Source of the DNA: Candidatus Hebobacterum abditum
Lineage (GTDB): Bacteria; Armatimonadota; Hebobacteria; Hebobacterales; Hebobacteraceae
Direction: 5' to 3'
Assembly: GCA_029821875.1 (NCBI GenBank)
Contig: JALGXW010000008.1
Location: forward strand, 108,713-172,712
Length of the DNA stretch: 64,000 nucleotides
Shown here piece after piece: positions 45,237 through 53,529 of the stretch (position 1 is its first letter; each line of letters begins with the position of its first letter). The notes beneath the pieces are model-generated. The model saw nothing but the letters and a program-made list of their open reading frames with translations, did no database searches and had not been told where the DNA came from. A program made the translations under genes and the position numbers.

Positions 45237-46241
45237 GTGCAAATGGCAGAGCAGGAGATCAGGGTTGGCTTCATTGGATCGGGATACATTGCCGGGCAGC
45301 ATGCGGAGGCGCTGCGCGATGTCGAGGGCGTGCAGTTCTCGGCCTGCATGGACATAAAGGATGAGCAGGCGCAGCAGCTCGCCGCGCTCACAGGCGGTCG
45401 TCCTACAGCCAGCCTAGACGAGGCCGTCGAGGAATCCGATGTGCTGTGGGTGTGCACCCCGCCCAAGCACCACCGGCAGCAGGTCCTCGCCTGCCTCGAA
45501 GCGGGCCGGCATGTCTACTGTGAGAAGCCGCTGGCCACCACTCTCGACGACGGCCGCGCCATCGCGGCGGCGGCCGAGGGCACCGACGCGCTGGCCGCCA
45601 TCGGGTTCAACTTCCGCTTCCACGAGCCGTGGCGCAAGTGCAAGGAGCTGCTCGACGCGGGCGACCTCGGCAAGCCGATGATGTTCCTCTGTCAGCGCGC
45701 CGGCCTGGGAGCCACGAGCGGCTGGCGCCGCGACCCGGACGAGCTGTGCGGCATGACCATCGAGTCCCTGTCCCACAACATCGATCTGCTGCGCTTCCTG
45801 CTCGGAGATGTCGCCAGCACCTCGGCACATGTGATGGTGGACCCCGACCAGCCCGAGTTCGACATCTGCCTGGCCGCCACGTTGAAGCTGCGCTCGGGAG
45901 TCGCTGCCGGCATGCAGGCGACATGGGCGTCGGCGGTGCCGGCCACTCGCCACGGCGTCGTGGGCACCGCGGCGACGGCGCTCATCGAGGGCCCGGACCA
46001 GTTCGAGTTCGACTGCCTGCGTGTGTCGCAGAGAGACGATGAGGCCGAGCGCGTCTACCGCTTCGCCCTGCCGTCGAATCCACTCCGGGCCGCCTGCGAG
46101 CACTTCATCGCAGCGGCACGCGGGGAGACTGCACTCGAGATTCCCATCGCCGATGGGCTGCGCGCCCTGGAGGTGTCGGCCGCCATGCTGGCCTCCGCTC
46201 AGCAGGGCGGGGCCGCGGTGGCGGTTGATACGCCGGGCTGA
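45237..46241 (+). CDS. Gfo/Idh/MocA family oxidoreductase
   Basis: IRVGFIGSGYIAGQHAEAL... Rossmann fold; 334 aa. Confidence 0.7.
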   Translation: MQMAEQEIRVGFIGSGYIAGQHAEALRDVEGVQFSACMDIKDEQAQQLAALTGGRPTASLDEAVEESDVLWVCTPPKHHRQQVLACLEAGRHVYCEKPLATTLDDGRAIAAAAEGTDALAAIGFNFRFHEPWRKCKELLDAGDLGKPMMFLCQRAGLGATSGWRRDPDELCGMTIESLSHNIDLLRFLLGDVASTSAHVMVDPDQPEFDICLAATLKLRSGVAAGMQATWASAVPATRHGVVGTAATALIEGPDQFEFDCLRVSQRDDEAERVYRFALPSNPLRAACEHFIAAARGETALEIPIADGLRALEVSAAMLASAQQGGAAVAVDTPG

Positions 46242-46246
46242 GCGAT

Positions 46247-46273
46247 GGGGCAGGGGCACGCTCCTGCCCTACG
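46247..46273. repeat. Family A hairpin GGGGCAGGGGCACGCTCCTGCCCTACG
   Basis: Six nt after the stop of the oxidoreductase gene. Confidence 0.6.
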
Positions 46274-46390
46274 GAGCTCAACGGTCGGGATCGGAGTGCC
46301 CGCCCTACAAGCGGCCCCTGCATAGGAACGGCGGGCCGGCTTGAGGAAAGTGGACTCTGGCAGACTGCCGCAATTCCGGGAGGTCCGATC

Positions 46391-46663
46391 GTGGGCAAAG
46401 CTGGGTTCTGGCTGTCGCTGGCTCCCTGGGCGATGCTGCTCATCGCCTTCACGAGCAACTTCGGCTGAGGGGATCCCTGTGGAGACCTGGTAGGTCTCCT
46501 CCTCGCCGCATCCGCACTGTCCACACCCCTGGCCTTCGGACTGAGCCTCGCCGGATGGCTCAGGCGGGTCCACACGGGCCATGCCATCGCCGGCACGTTC
46601 ATCAGCGGCCTCGCCCTGCTGCTGTCCCTCTTCTGGCTGACGCTGGTACTCATGATCAGCTAG
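46391..46663 (+). other. Small membrane-protein ORF interrupted by an in-frame TGA (46466-46468) with a hairpin 12 nt downstream: possible recoding (Sec) site, pseudogene, or two tiny ORFs
   Basis: GTG 46391 with GGGAGG 7 nt upstream. 25 codons (VGKAGFWLSLAPWAMLLIAFTSNFG), then TGA, then 62 more in-frame codons (GDPCGDLVGLLLAASALSTP...LMIS) ending at TAG 46661-46663. Hairpin GGAGACCT-GGT-AGGTCTCC at 46481-46499. Confidence 0.3.
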
Positions 46664-46782
46664 CGCGCAGGTCCTGCGCCATTCCTGCCGACTCCTGCTG
46701 CTCGCCGCGCCCTGCAGGACGGTAAGGGAGCGGCCCCGAAGCATGGGCCGACGACCAGTTTCCCCAGACAGGAGGAGTGCCG

Positions 46783-48894
46783 GTGAAGCGATGCCTGCTC
46801 GCGCTGGTGGTAGTGGCCGCTCTGGCGTCGGTCTGCCAGGCCGACAAGATGCTCTTCGATTTCGAGGATCCCGCCGGGCCGCCGGCCCTGGAGACCAACG
46901 CCGCGGAGGCGACGCTCGCTCCGGCGCCGTCGGGAGAGGGCCAGGCACTCCGGCTCATCGCCTCGGAGGGAAGATGGCAGTCCGTCAGCTTCCCGGCGGA
47001 GGAGCCCTGGGACTGGAGCGGCTACACCGGCCTGGCGGCGGAGGTCACCAATCCGGGCGTCAAATCGGTGGAGGTGTTCATCAGCGTGGGGAATCCGCCG
47101 GAGGAGGGGAAACAGCGCGGCCCCATGAATGCGGCGTGGCAGTCGGTGGGCGCAGGTGAGACGATCATGCTCGCGCTGCGCTTCAACACCGGCGACGAGG
47201 GCGCGCTGTGGGGGATGCGCGGCTACCCGATCATCGACGGGTACCCGACCGGGCCGGCCTGGGGCGGGGTGATCGATCTGTCCAAGATCGCCTCCCTCGG
47301 CGTTGGGCTCGGGCGGGGCGGAGCCGGAGATGAGGTACTCGTCGACAACATCCGCCTCTGGGGCGGGCCCGACTCGCCGGTCGAGGAGATCCCGCCCTTC
47401 GCCGATCGCTACGGGCAGTACGCCCTGCAGGACTGGCCGGGCAAGGTCGAGAGCGATGAGGACCTGGCGGCACAGCGAGAGGCCGAGCGCGAGGAGCTGG
47501 ACCGGGCGGTTCCGCTGGCGGACCGCGACGAGTACGGCGGGTGGACGGCCGGCCCGCAGTTGGCGGCCACCGGCTGGTTCCGCACGGAGAAAGTAGATGG
47601 GAAGTGGTGGCTCGTCACACCGACGGGACACCTCTTCTTCTCCAGCGGCATCGACGTCGTGCTGCCGGGCCAGCAGACCTTCATCACCGAGCGTGACCGA
47701 TACTTCGAGTGGCTGCCCGAGCGCGACGGCATCTTCGCCGAGTGCTTCGGCTTCGACCCCAATCCCCTCAACCACGCCGGGCCGCTGGAGGACACCGGCG
47801 GCGACACCTTCAACTTCTACCGCGCCAATCTGATCCGCAAGTACGGAGAGGCCTGGGCCGAGCCGTGGAGGCAGGTGACCTACGACCGGATGAGCGCCTG
47901 GGGCTTCAACACCATCGCCGGCTGGTCCGAGGAGGCGGTGTACCACAACTCGCCCCATCCCTTCGCGGTGTGCGTCTGGATGTCGGGTGAGGAGCGGCCA
48001 ATCGAGGGGGCCTATGGCTACTGGCAGCAGATGCCCGATGTCTACGACCCCTCCTTCGATGAGGAAGTGGACCGCGTGATGCGCGAGGCCGGCGCGAAGT
48101 TCGCCGACAATCCCCGCTGCATCGGCTACTTCTTCGAGAACGAGATGTCGTGGGGAGGGGACGGCAGCTTCAACATCGCCGCCGGCACGCTGCGCTCTCC
48201 GGCCGACCAGCCGTGCCGCCGGGAGTTCGTGCGCGCCCTCGAAGAGAAGCACGGCTCCCTCGACGCCGTCAACGCCGCCTGGGAAACCGAGGCGGAGAGC
48301 TGGGACGATCTGCGCGCACCCGACGAGCCCAACGAGGCCTGCGCGGAGGACCTCCGCGCCTTCACCTACGAGTATTCGCTGGAGTACTTCCGCAAGGTGC
48401 ACGCTGGTATGGAGCGGCACGCGCCACACCAGCTCGACCTGGGCTGCCGCTTCGCCTGGGCCAACCGGGAGAGTATACGCGCCTGCGCGGAGGTGGCGGA
48501 CGTGGTCAGCTTCAACATCTACCGGCCCCGCGTCGACGCCGAGCGCTGGGCCCATACCGCCGAGCTCGGCAAGCCCTGCATCATCGGGGAGTTCCACTTC
48601 GGCGCCCTCGACCGCGGCTCACTGCACCCCGGGCTGGTGGAAGTCAGCGACCAGGACGAGCGGGCGGAGATGTTCATCGACTACGTCCACAGCGTGCTCG
48701 ACGTGCCCGCCTTCGTGGGCTGCCACTGGTTCCAGTACGTGGACGAGCCGCTCACCGGCCGCACGCTCGACGGCGAGAACTACAACATCGGCCTGGTGAC
48801 GGTCACCGATACGGTGTTCCCCGAGCTGATCGCGGCCGCCCGGAAGGTGCACGAGGACATCTATCCTCGCCGCTACCACGGCGCCGCCGACTAG
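46783..48894 (+). CDS. Secreted TIM-barrel glycoside hydrolase, GH50 (agarase)-like / clan GH-A, with an N-terminal beta-sandwich domain
   Basis: Signal peptide MKRCLLALVVVAALASVCQA (GTG 46783, 7 nt from AGGAGG). Motifs GFNTIAGWSEE, FFENEMSWGG, IIGEFHFGA and CHWFQYVDEPLTGRTLDGENYNIGLV resemble GH50/GH42-type barrels. Confidence 0.45.
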   Translation: MKRCLLALVVVAALASVCQADKMLFDFEDPAGPPALETNAAEATLAPAPSGEGQALRLIASEGRWQSVSFPAEEPWDWSGYTGLAAEVTNPGVKSVEVFISVGNPPEEGKQRGPMNAAWQSVGAGETIMLALRFNTGDEGALWGMRGYPIIDGYPTGPAWGGVIDLSKIASLGVGLGRGGAGDEVLVDNIRLWGGPDSPVEEIPPFADRYGQYALQDWPGKVESDEDLAAQREAEREELDRAVPLADRDEYGGWTAGPQLAATGWFRTEKVDGKWWLVTPTGHLFFSSGIDVVLPGQQTFITERDRYFEWLPERDGIFAECFGFDPNPLNHAGPLEDTGGDTFNFYRANLIRKYGEAWAEPWRQVTYDRMSAWGFNTIAGWSEEAVYHNSPHPFAVCVWMSGEERPIEGAYGYWQQMPDVYDPSFDEEVDRVMREAGAKFADNPRCIGYFFENEMSWGGDGSFNIAAGTLRSPADQPCRREFVRALEEKHGSLDAVNAAWETEAESWDDLRAPDEPNEACAEDLRAFTYEYSLEYFRKVHAGMERHAPHQLDLGCRFAWANRESIRACAEVADVVSFNIYRPRVDAERWAHTAELGKPCIIGEFHFGALDRGSLHPGLVEVSDQDERAEMFIDYVHSVLDVPAFVGCHWFQYVDEPLTGRTLDGENYNIGLVTVTDTVFPELIAAARKVHEDIYPRRYHGAAD

Positions 48895-48922
48895 CTGCAG
48901 CCGTACAGACCGACGCTCGCGC

Positions 48923-49324
48923 CTACGCGCCTCCGCCCAGGAGGCCGGCGACGACGTTCAGCACCTTCTCGCGATCGAAGGGCTTGGGAAGGTACTCGTC
49001 GGCTTCGGCTCTCATCACACCGTCGATCGGGTACTTGCTGTCCGTGATGTGGTCGGCGACCGCGGTGACCAGGACGACCGGAATATCTTGGGTGTCGGGC
49101 GATGACTTCAGCTTGGCGCAGGCCGCGAAGCCATCCATCTCCGGCATCATCACATCCAGCAGAATGAGATCGGGGCTCTCCGAGGCGGCCTTCTCCAGCG
49201 CCTCGACGCCGTTCTCGGCCGTGACGACCTGGTAGCCGGCCGGCTCGAGGATCATGGCGAGCGCGTTGAGGATGTCCCGGTCATCATCCACCGTGAGGAT
49301 CTTCTTCTGTCCGTCATCACCCAT
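48923..49324 (-). CDS. Stand-alone CheY-like response regulator receiver domain
   Basis: ILTVDDDRDILNALAMILEPAGYQVVTAENGVEALEK...DLILLDVMMPEMDGF...LPKPF. Start at 49324 with a GGAGG RBS; the upstream ORF extension was rejected. Confidence 0.75.
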   Translation of the reverse strand: MGDDGQKKILTVDDDRDILNALAMILEPAGYQVVTAENGVEALEKAASESPDLILLDVMMPEMDGFAACAKLKSSPDTQDIPVVLVTAVADHITDSKYPIDGVMRAEADEYLPKPFDREKVLNVVAGLLGGGA

Positions 49325-49397
49325 CGTGGTACCTCCGTTGAGTTCGACTCTGTCTAAGTTCTCTGCCGCGAGACCCCGTGGGGCTGCTCCCGGACAT

Positions 49398-49436
49398 GGT
49401 GATACGTCTCCGTGGTACGTCTTGGTGATACGTCCC
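49398..49436. promoter_or_regulatory. Three direct repeats (TGGTGATACGTCT / CGTGGTACGTCTT / GGTGATACGTCC) at ~13-bp periodicity upstream of the response-regulator gene
   Basis: Seen directly, 75-110 nt upstream of the minus-strand start at 49324. The spacing fits helical-phase binding by a dimeric or tandem regulator. Confidence 0.4.
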
Positions 49437-49862
49437 TCTTTGAGTTCGCAGTATGGGAGCGTCGGTCCTGCCCCGAGAGGCAGGGCCGTGTGCTGGGAGA
49501 GCCGACCTCGGAGAAGCGCTGGCTGGCAGCATCGCTCTGCAAGCACGTGAGGTTACAGCAAGCACGACGCAGAGCAGTCGCTCGCCATGCCTTCGCTTTG
49601 AGGGCCGTCCGGCCGTTCTGACCGTTGGGCAGCAGCTTGCTGCTGCCACTCCACCCGCGCCCTGACAGCGCACCCGGGGCGATCGCAGGAGAAAGCCGCC
49701 GGAGGCGGCCAAGGCTCCCGCGCAACAGGTGTCGGGCGAATCCCTTGGTGGGGGTCCTGCCGGCGATCAGTCGCGTGTTTCGGAAGCCCCGGGGTCAGGA
49801 GGGCTAGCACTCCCGCTGGGCGAACACCTAGCGAAGAGTCTATCGGGTTGGGGGAATCTCGA

Positions 49863-50438
49863 ATGATGCACGTGGGCCTCGACATCGACGGTGTCCTCTG
49901 TGACCATGTTGCCGGTCTGTGCGAGAGGATAGAGCAACGATACAGAATTGCTCTTCGGCCGGCCATGGTCACCGAGTGGGACCTCGACTTCGGCCCGAGT
50001 TCAGTTGCCAAGGAACTGAGAAGCGCCTACCGGGACAGAGACTTTGTGCTCTCCCTTCCGCCGCTGGAGGGCGCCCAGTCGGCCGTGTGCGCCCTGGCGG
50101 CCAGCAACATACTCGCGCTTGTCGCAGTGACGTCAAGACCCCTTGAGGCCAAGTCGGCCACGGACGATTGGCTGAAGCGCTACTTCCCGGGGATTCCCGT
50201 CCGCTACGCCTCAAGGAAGGAGAGTCTACCTATCGATGCGCTTGTGGACGACTTCCCGCTTTTCGTCGAGCGGTTCGCGGCGGCCGGGAGGAAGGCGGTG
50301 CTATTCTCCCGGCCGTGGAACGTCAAAGATCAGGGCCGTCTTCGAGCGAAGGCGGGAGTCACGGTCGCAGCGAACTGGAGCGACGTTGTGCGTCTGATCA
50401 CAGGAATGTCGCAGCGGAGTGCACAGCGCGCGGGCTAG
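49863..50438 (+). CDS. HAD-superfamily 5'(3')-deoxyribonucleotidase-like (NT5C/YorS-like) protein
   Basis: MMHVGLDIDGVLCD (HAD motif I DxDGV), DDFPLF (motif IV-like). 190 aa. Lower GC than the genome background. Confidence 0.5.
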   Translation: MMHVGLDIDGVLCDHVAGLCERIEQRYRIALRPAMVTEWDLDFGPSSVAKELRSAYRDRDFVLSLPPLEGAQSAVCALAASNILALVAVTSRPLEAKSATDDWLKRYFPGIPVRYASRKESLPIDALVDDFPLFVERFAAAGRKAVLFSRPWNVKDQGRLRAKAGVTVAANWSDVVRLITGMSQRSAQRAG

Positions 50439-50462
50439 AGAGCCAGGCCTCGGGAGGGGGAC

Positions 50463-51011
50463 ATGAACAACCGCAAGGCGCTGCCGGGCCGTGTCGTTGG
50501 CTTCGTCGACATGGTGTTCGCTGTCATCATCGGTGTAAGCCTAACGGGCTACTTCGACGCCTTGAAGCGGGGCGAGGTCACACTGTGGTCGTTTGAGACT
50601 TGGACACTGGGCCTGACCTACCTCGCCATTGTCTACAGTTGGGTCGGTTACCACAAGTCCATTGAACGTCGCCCACATACCGACAAGATCGGCGTGGCCC
50701 GGTTCGCAGTTGACCTCGTCATACTGCTCGTCTACTTCGTGCTCGTGTACTTCTTCGACGACTTCGGGCTGATCATCCAAGCCTTCGCCGTGCTCTTCGC
50801 GCTGTACCTTGGTTGGGGCGTCCTCAAGATGTGGGAGCACCGAGCGTGGGACGAGTGGAAACGATACGCGTGGCGCGTGCCATCGCTCGCGGTATGCCTG
50901 CTCGTCGCCGGTTGCTGGAGGGCGGGTATTCGATTCGAGTGGCCCGAGGGATGGCACGTGTTCCCTCTGCTGACGCTCGTCCTGTCTGTGTACTGGTACC
51001 GGCGATTCTGA
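50463..51011 (+). CDS. Hypothetical 4-TM membrane protein
   Basis: RBS GGGAGGGGGA. Hydrophobic segments VVGFVDMVFAVIIGVSL, TLGLTYLAIVYSWVGY, VDLVILLVYFVLVYFF, LIIQAFAVLFALYLGW. No family recognised. Confidence 0.55.
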   Translation: MNNRKALPGRVVGFVDMVFAVIIGVSLTGYFDALKRGEVTLWSFETWTLGLTYLAIVYSWVGYHKSIERRPHTDKIGVARFAVDLVILLVYFVLVYFFDDFGLIIQAFAVLFALYLGWGVLKMWEHRAWDEWKRYAWRVPSLAVCLLVAGCWRAGIRFEWPEGWHVFPLLTLVLSVYWYRRF

Positions 51012-51243
51012 GCCAAAGCATCCCGGTGCGCCACACGGCGTGAGGCAAGCTTCTGCTCGACGAACTCTCGTATGGCACTGGAGGAGATGGCAGGCGCCGG
51101 AGTCCTGCCCCTCGATCAACGGGGGCGGCGCTTCGTTTCTTCGCCTTCCTGTCGCTTCGGGAGCGTGCTGCCCCAACGACGACGTCTGGACAACCAGCAC
51201 TTGGCCGGCTATCATGGATTCAGCCTTGAGGGGAGGTCCCGAC

Positions 51244-52614
51244 ATGGCCACAGAGGCCGATCGCAGAGAGACTCAGCTGCGACGTTCCGACATCATCCTC
51301 CTGACTGGGGCCGGTGCCTCAGTGCCCCTGGGTCTCCCGGACACGAGGCAGCTCATGGATCACCTCGTGGGGCTCCGGAGCGACCTGGAGGGTTTCCTCA
51401 AACGCATCATCCAGAGCCACGAAGGTGGGGTGCCCGACATCGAGTGGATTCTGGAACGCCTCGACCTATACGAGGATATCGACCGTGAGCTCCAGGCCGA
51501 CCAGAACCTCAGCCGCGAAGCCGAGCGGACAGTCAAGGATGTGGTGAAGCGGTGTGCGGACGCCGCCGAGCGCGTCAGGTCCGCGTTCCCGAAGTACGAA
51601 GCCGTCGAGGAAGACGCGTCACTCGGAGCTCCCACCACGTTGCGTGTGTCTGGGCTTGCCGAGCTCAGTCCGGATTCGGGTCTGGTGGCGACGCCTGTGC
51701 CGCAAGATCTGATCTCTGGGGTGCCTCTAGAGCAGGAGCCCAGTACGGTCGCGTGGGTGCCCTCCACATCTTCCCCGACCTTACGACGACGTCAGGTCAA
51801 ACCACCAGCCTTCGAGCCTGATGTGGACGAGAAACAGCTCGCGATGGCGATGTTCGGCACTGTCACCGACCAAGCCAGGCGCCTGCGGGACGCGGTCTAT
51901 GACAATATCATCCGGATATACAACAAGGTCGATCCCGAGCTAGTCGGTGCCCTCTATGGGCCGTTGATCTTGCCTCTGTGGGAGTACTGCCAGGGGGTCA
52001 GCAGTCGCCTGACTGTTTTCACGACAAACTGGGACCCGACGTTCTACGCACTGAAGGACGTTACAGACCTGCCCATCATCGCAGGTATGACCCAGGGGGC
52101 CTATGACTCGCATTGGGACCCGGCCGTCTATCGGCAAGAAGGCCTCCATGTTCACCACTTGCACGGCTGCTGTCGCTGGGTGATGGGCGGAGAGATCGGT
52201 GGACAGATAGTCTACAACCCGCTGCCACTGCAGGGCACCACGCAATCCGAGTACGAAGTACCAGTCCTCTACAGACCGAGGACGAAGGCGGGGCTCGTCC
52301 TGCAGGAGCCTCACGCGACAGCATATGCGTTCCTCGATAGGGCCGCGACGACCCCTGCCGTCTGGATCGTCGTCGGATACTCGTTCCGCGATGAGCCGAT
52401 CCAGCGGGTGCTTGAGCGCGCAGCAGTTCGCGGGACCATCAGCAAGCTCATAGTGCTTGACCCAGTGAAGGAGCCCGCAGTTCCGGAGGAGTTACAGGCC
52501 GCAATGGCACACTCGAGGTACGAGTTCGGGGACCCTGACGGGACGCGGTCTGTCCTCGCCGCCTTCTTCGATGCCGTGAAGGACGAGGGGGACGCGGCCT
52601 CAGATGGCTCGTAG
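51244..52614 (+). CDS. SIR2_2-like (DUF4020-type sirtuin-like) protein, stand-alone
   Basis: N-terminal IILLTGAGASVPLGLPDTRQLMDHL and C-terminal VWIVVGYSFRDEPIQRVLE are the two hallmark motifs of the SIR2_2 family found in ThsA/DSR-type defence proteins. 456 aa with a low-complexity central insertion. RBS GAGGGGAGG. Confidence 0.55.
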   Translation: MATEADRRETQLRRSDIILLTGAGASVPLGLPDTRQLMDHLVGLRSDLEGFLKRIIQSHEGGVPDIEWILERLDLYEDIDRELQADQNLSREAERTVKDVVKRCADAAERVRSAFPKYEAVEEDASLGAPTTLRVSGLAELSPDSGLVATPVPQDLISGVPLEQEPSTVAWVPSTSSPTLRRRQVKPPAFEPDVDEKQLAMAMFGTVTDQARRLRDAVYDNIIRIYNKVDPELVGALYGPLILPLWEYCQGVSSRLTVFTTNWDPTFYALKDVTDLPIIAGMTQGAYDSHWDPAVYRQEGLHVHHLHGCCRWVMGGEIGGQIVYNPLPLQGTTQSEYEVPVLYRPRTKAGLVLQEPHATAYAFLDRAATTPAVWIVVGYSFRDEPIQRVLERAAVRGTISKLIVLDPVKEPAVPEELQAAMAHSRYEFGDPDGTRSVLAAFFDAVKDEGDAASDGS

Positions 52615-52620
52615 GCCGCC

Positions 52621-52635
52621 TCCGGCGGCTTGCTG
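52621..52635 (+). terminator. Palindrome GCCGCC-TCC-GGCGGC followed by TTGCTGTTT after the SIR2-like gene
   Basis: Seen directly, 7 nt after the stop. Confidence 0.35.
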
Positions 52636-52739
52636 TTTACCCTGACCCCTGCCGAAGGGCCGAAGCCCGGTCTTCGCCCTCACCCCTCCCAACTCTCGCG
52701 CCGCGAGGCAGGGGTGTCAAGGAACGCGTAGCGCGGCCC

Positions 52740-53267
52740 CTACTGCGCGCCGAAGCTGGGCTTCGTGGTCTCCCAGCTCGCGGTGCCTTTGGCGAAGCCG
52801 TAGTTGTTGCCGCCATTGTGGCGCGCCGGTGTCACCACATCGTCCGGCCCGCCGGAAGGGTTGTCACCCGGGCGGGCGGTCTCGTAGAAGAGCACCGTGG
52901 ACTCCGGGTCGGCGATGTCCTCCAGCACCTTCCCGCTGAGGGCGGCGTTCATGGCGTAGCTGCATCGGGCACCCGACTGGTCCCCCGCGCACTTGAGCAC
53001 ATCCGCCCTGTCCGGAAGGTAGGACTTGAAGTCATCCGCCCACGTCGCGGCATTGGGCAGGCGCCCCCCGTGGTCCCACGACCACATCTGCGCGGCGAGG
53101 GCGAGGTTCTTCACGTTCGAGATGCACCTGGCCTTGTCTGCGACGGCGGTTGATCTCTCCACAACCGGCCGCACCGTCTCCGCGGTCTGCCGCACGGTCT
53201 GGTAGGCGACGAACACCACAACCACCACGACGGCGATGATCACGAGCCACAGCTTCCAGCCCTTCAT
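52740..53267 (-). CDS. DUF1559 (H-X9-DG) domain protein with an N-terminal TM anchor and no prepilin motif
   Basis: MKGWKLWLVIIAVVVVVVFVAY..., CISNVKNLALAAQMWSWDHGGRLP and ARHNGGNNYGFAKGTASW. Confidence 0.65.
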   Translation of the reverse strand: MKGWKLWLVIIAVVVVVVFVAYQTVRQTAETVRPVVERSTAVADKARCISNVKNLALAAQMWSWDHGGRLPNAATWADDFKSYLPDRADVLKCAGDQSGARCSYAMNAALSGKVLEDIADPESTVLFYETARPGDNPSGGPDDVVTPARHNGGNNYGFAKGTASWETTKPSFGAQ

Positions 53268-53529
53268 GGATCGGCCCCCTTTGCCGGAGAGTCCTGCGCC
53301 TCGGGTATGACGCGAGATCGCGTCCCTCAGCTTAGTTCGCAGGCCGGAAGCACGCTCCTCCTCTGCGAGCTGAGGGGCTCACCGGCCCTCGGAGCGGGGG
53401 CACGCCCTACAGGCAGGGAAGGACAGAGCGGCCTGTCGTTGAATAAGGAGGTGCTGGTCGAGCGCTGCAGTCTGCCAGGGTCCTCGCGTCGAGAAGTATC
53501 CTCAGAACAGCCGTCTGTGGGGGGAAGAC

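Noticed and set aside
46660-48597. 645-aa minus-strand ORF antisense to the GH50-like gene
   Set aside because: Antisense artefact; the sense strand has a signal peptide and hydrolase motifs.
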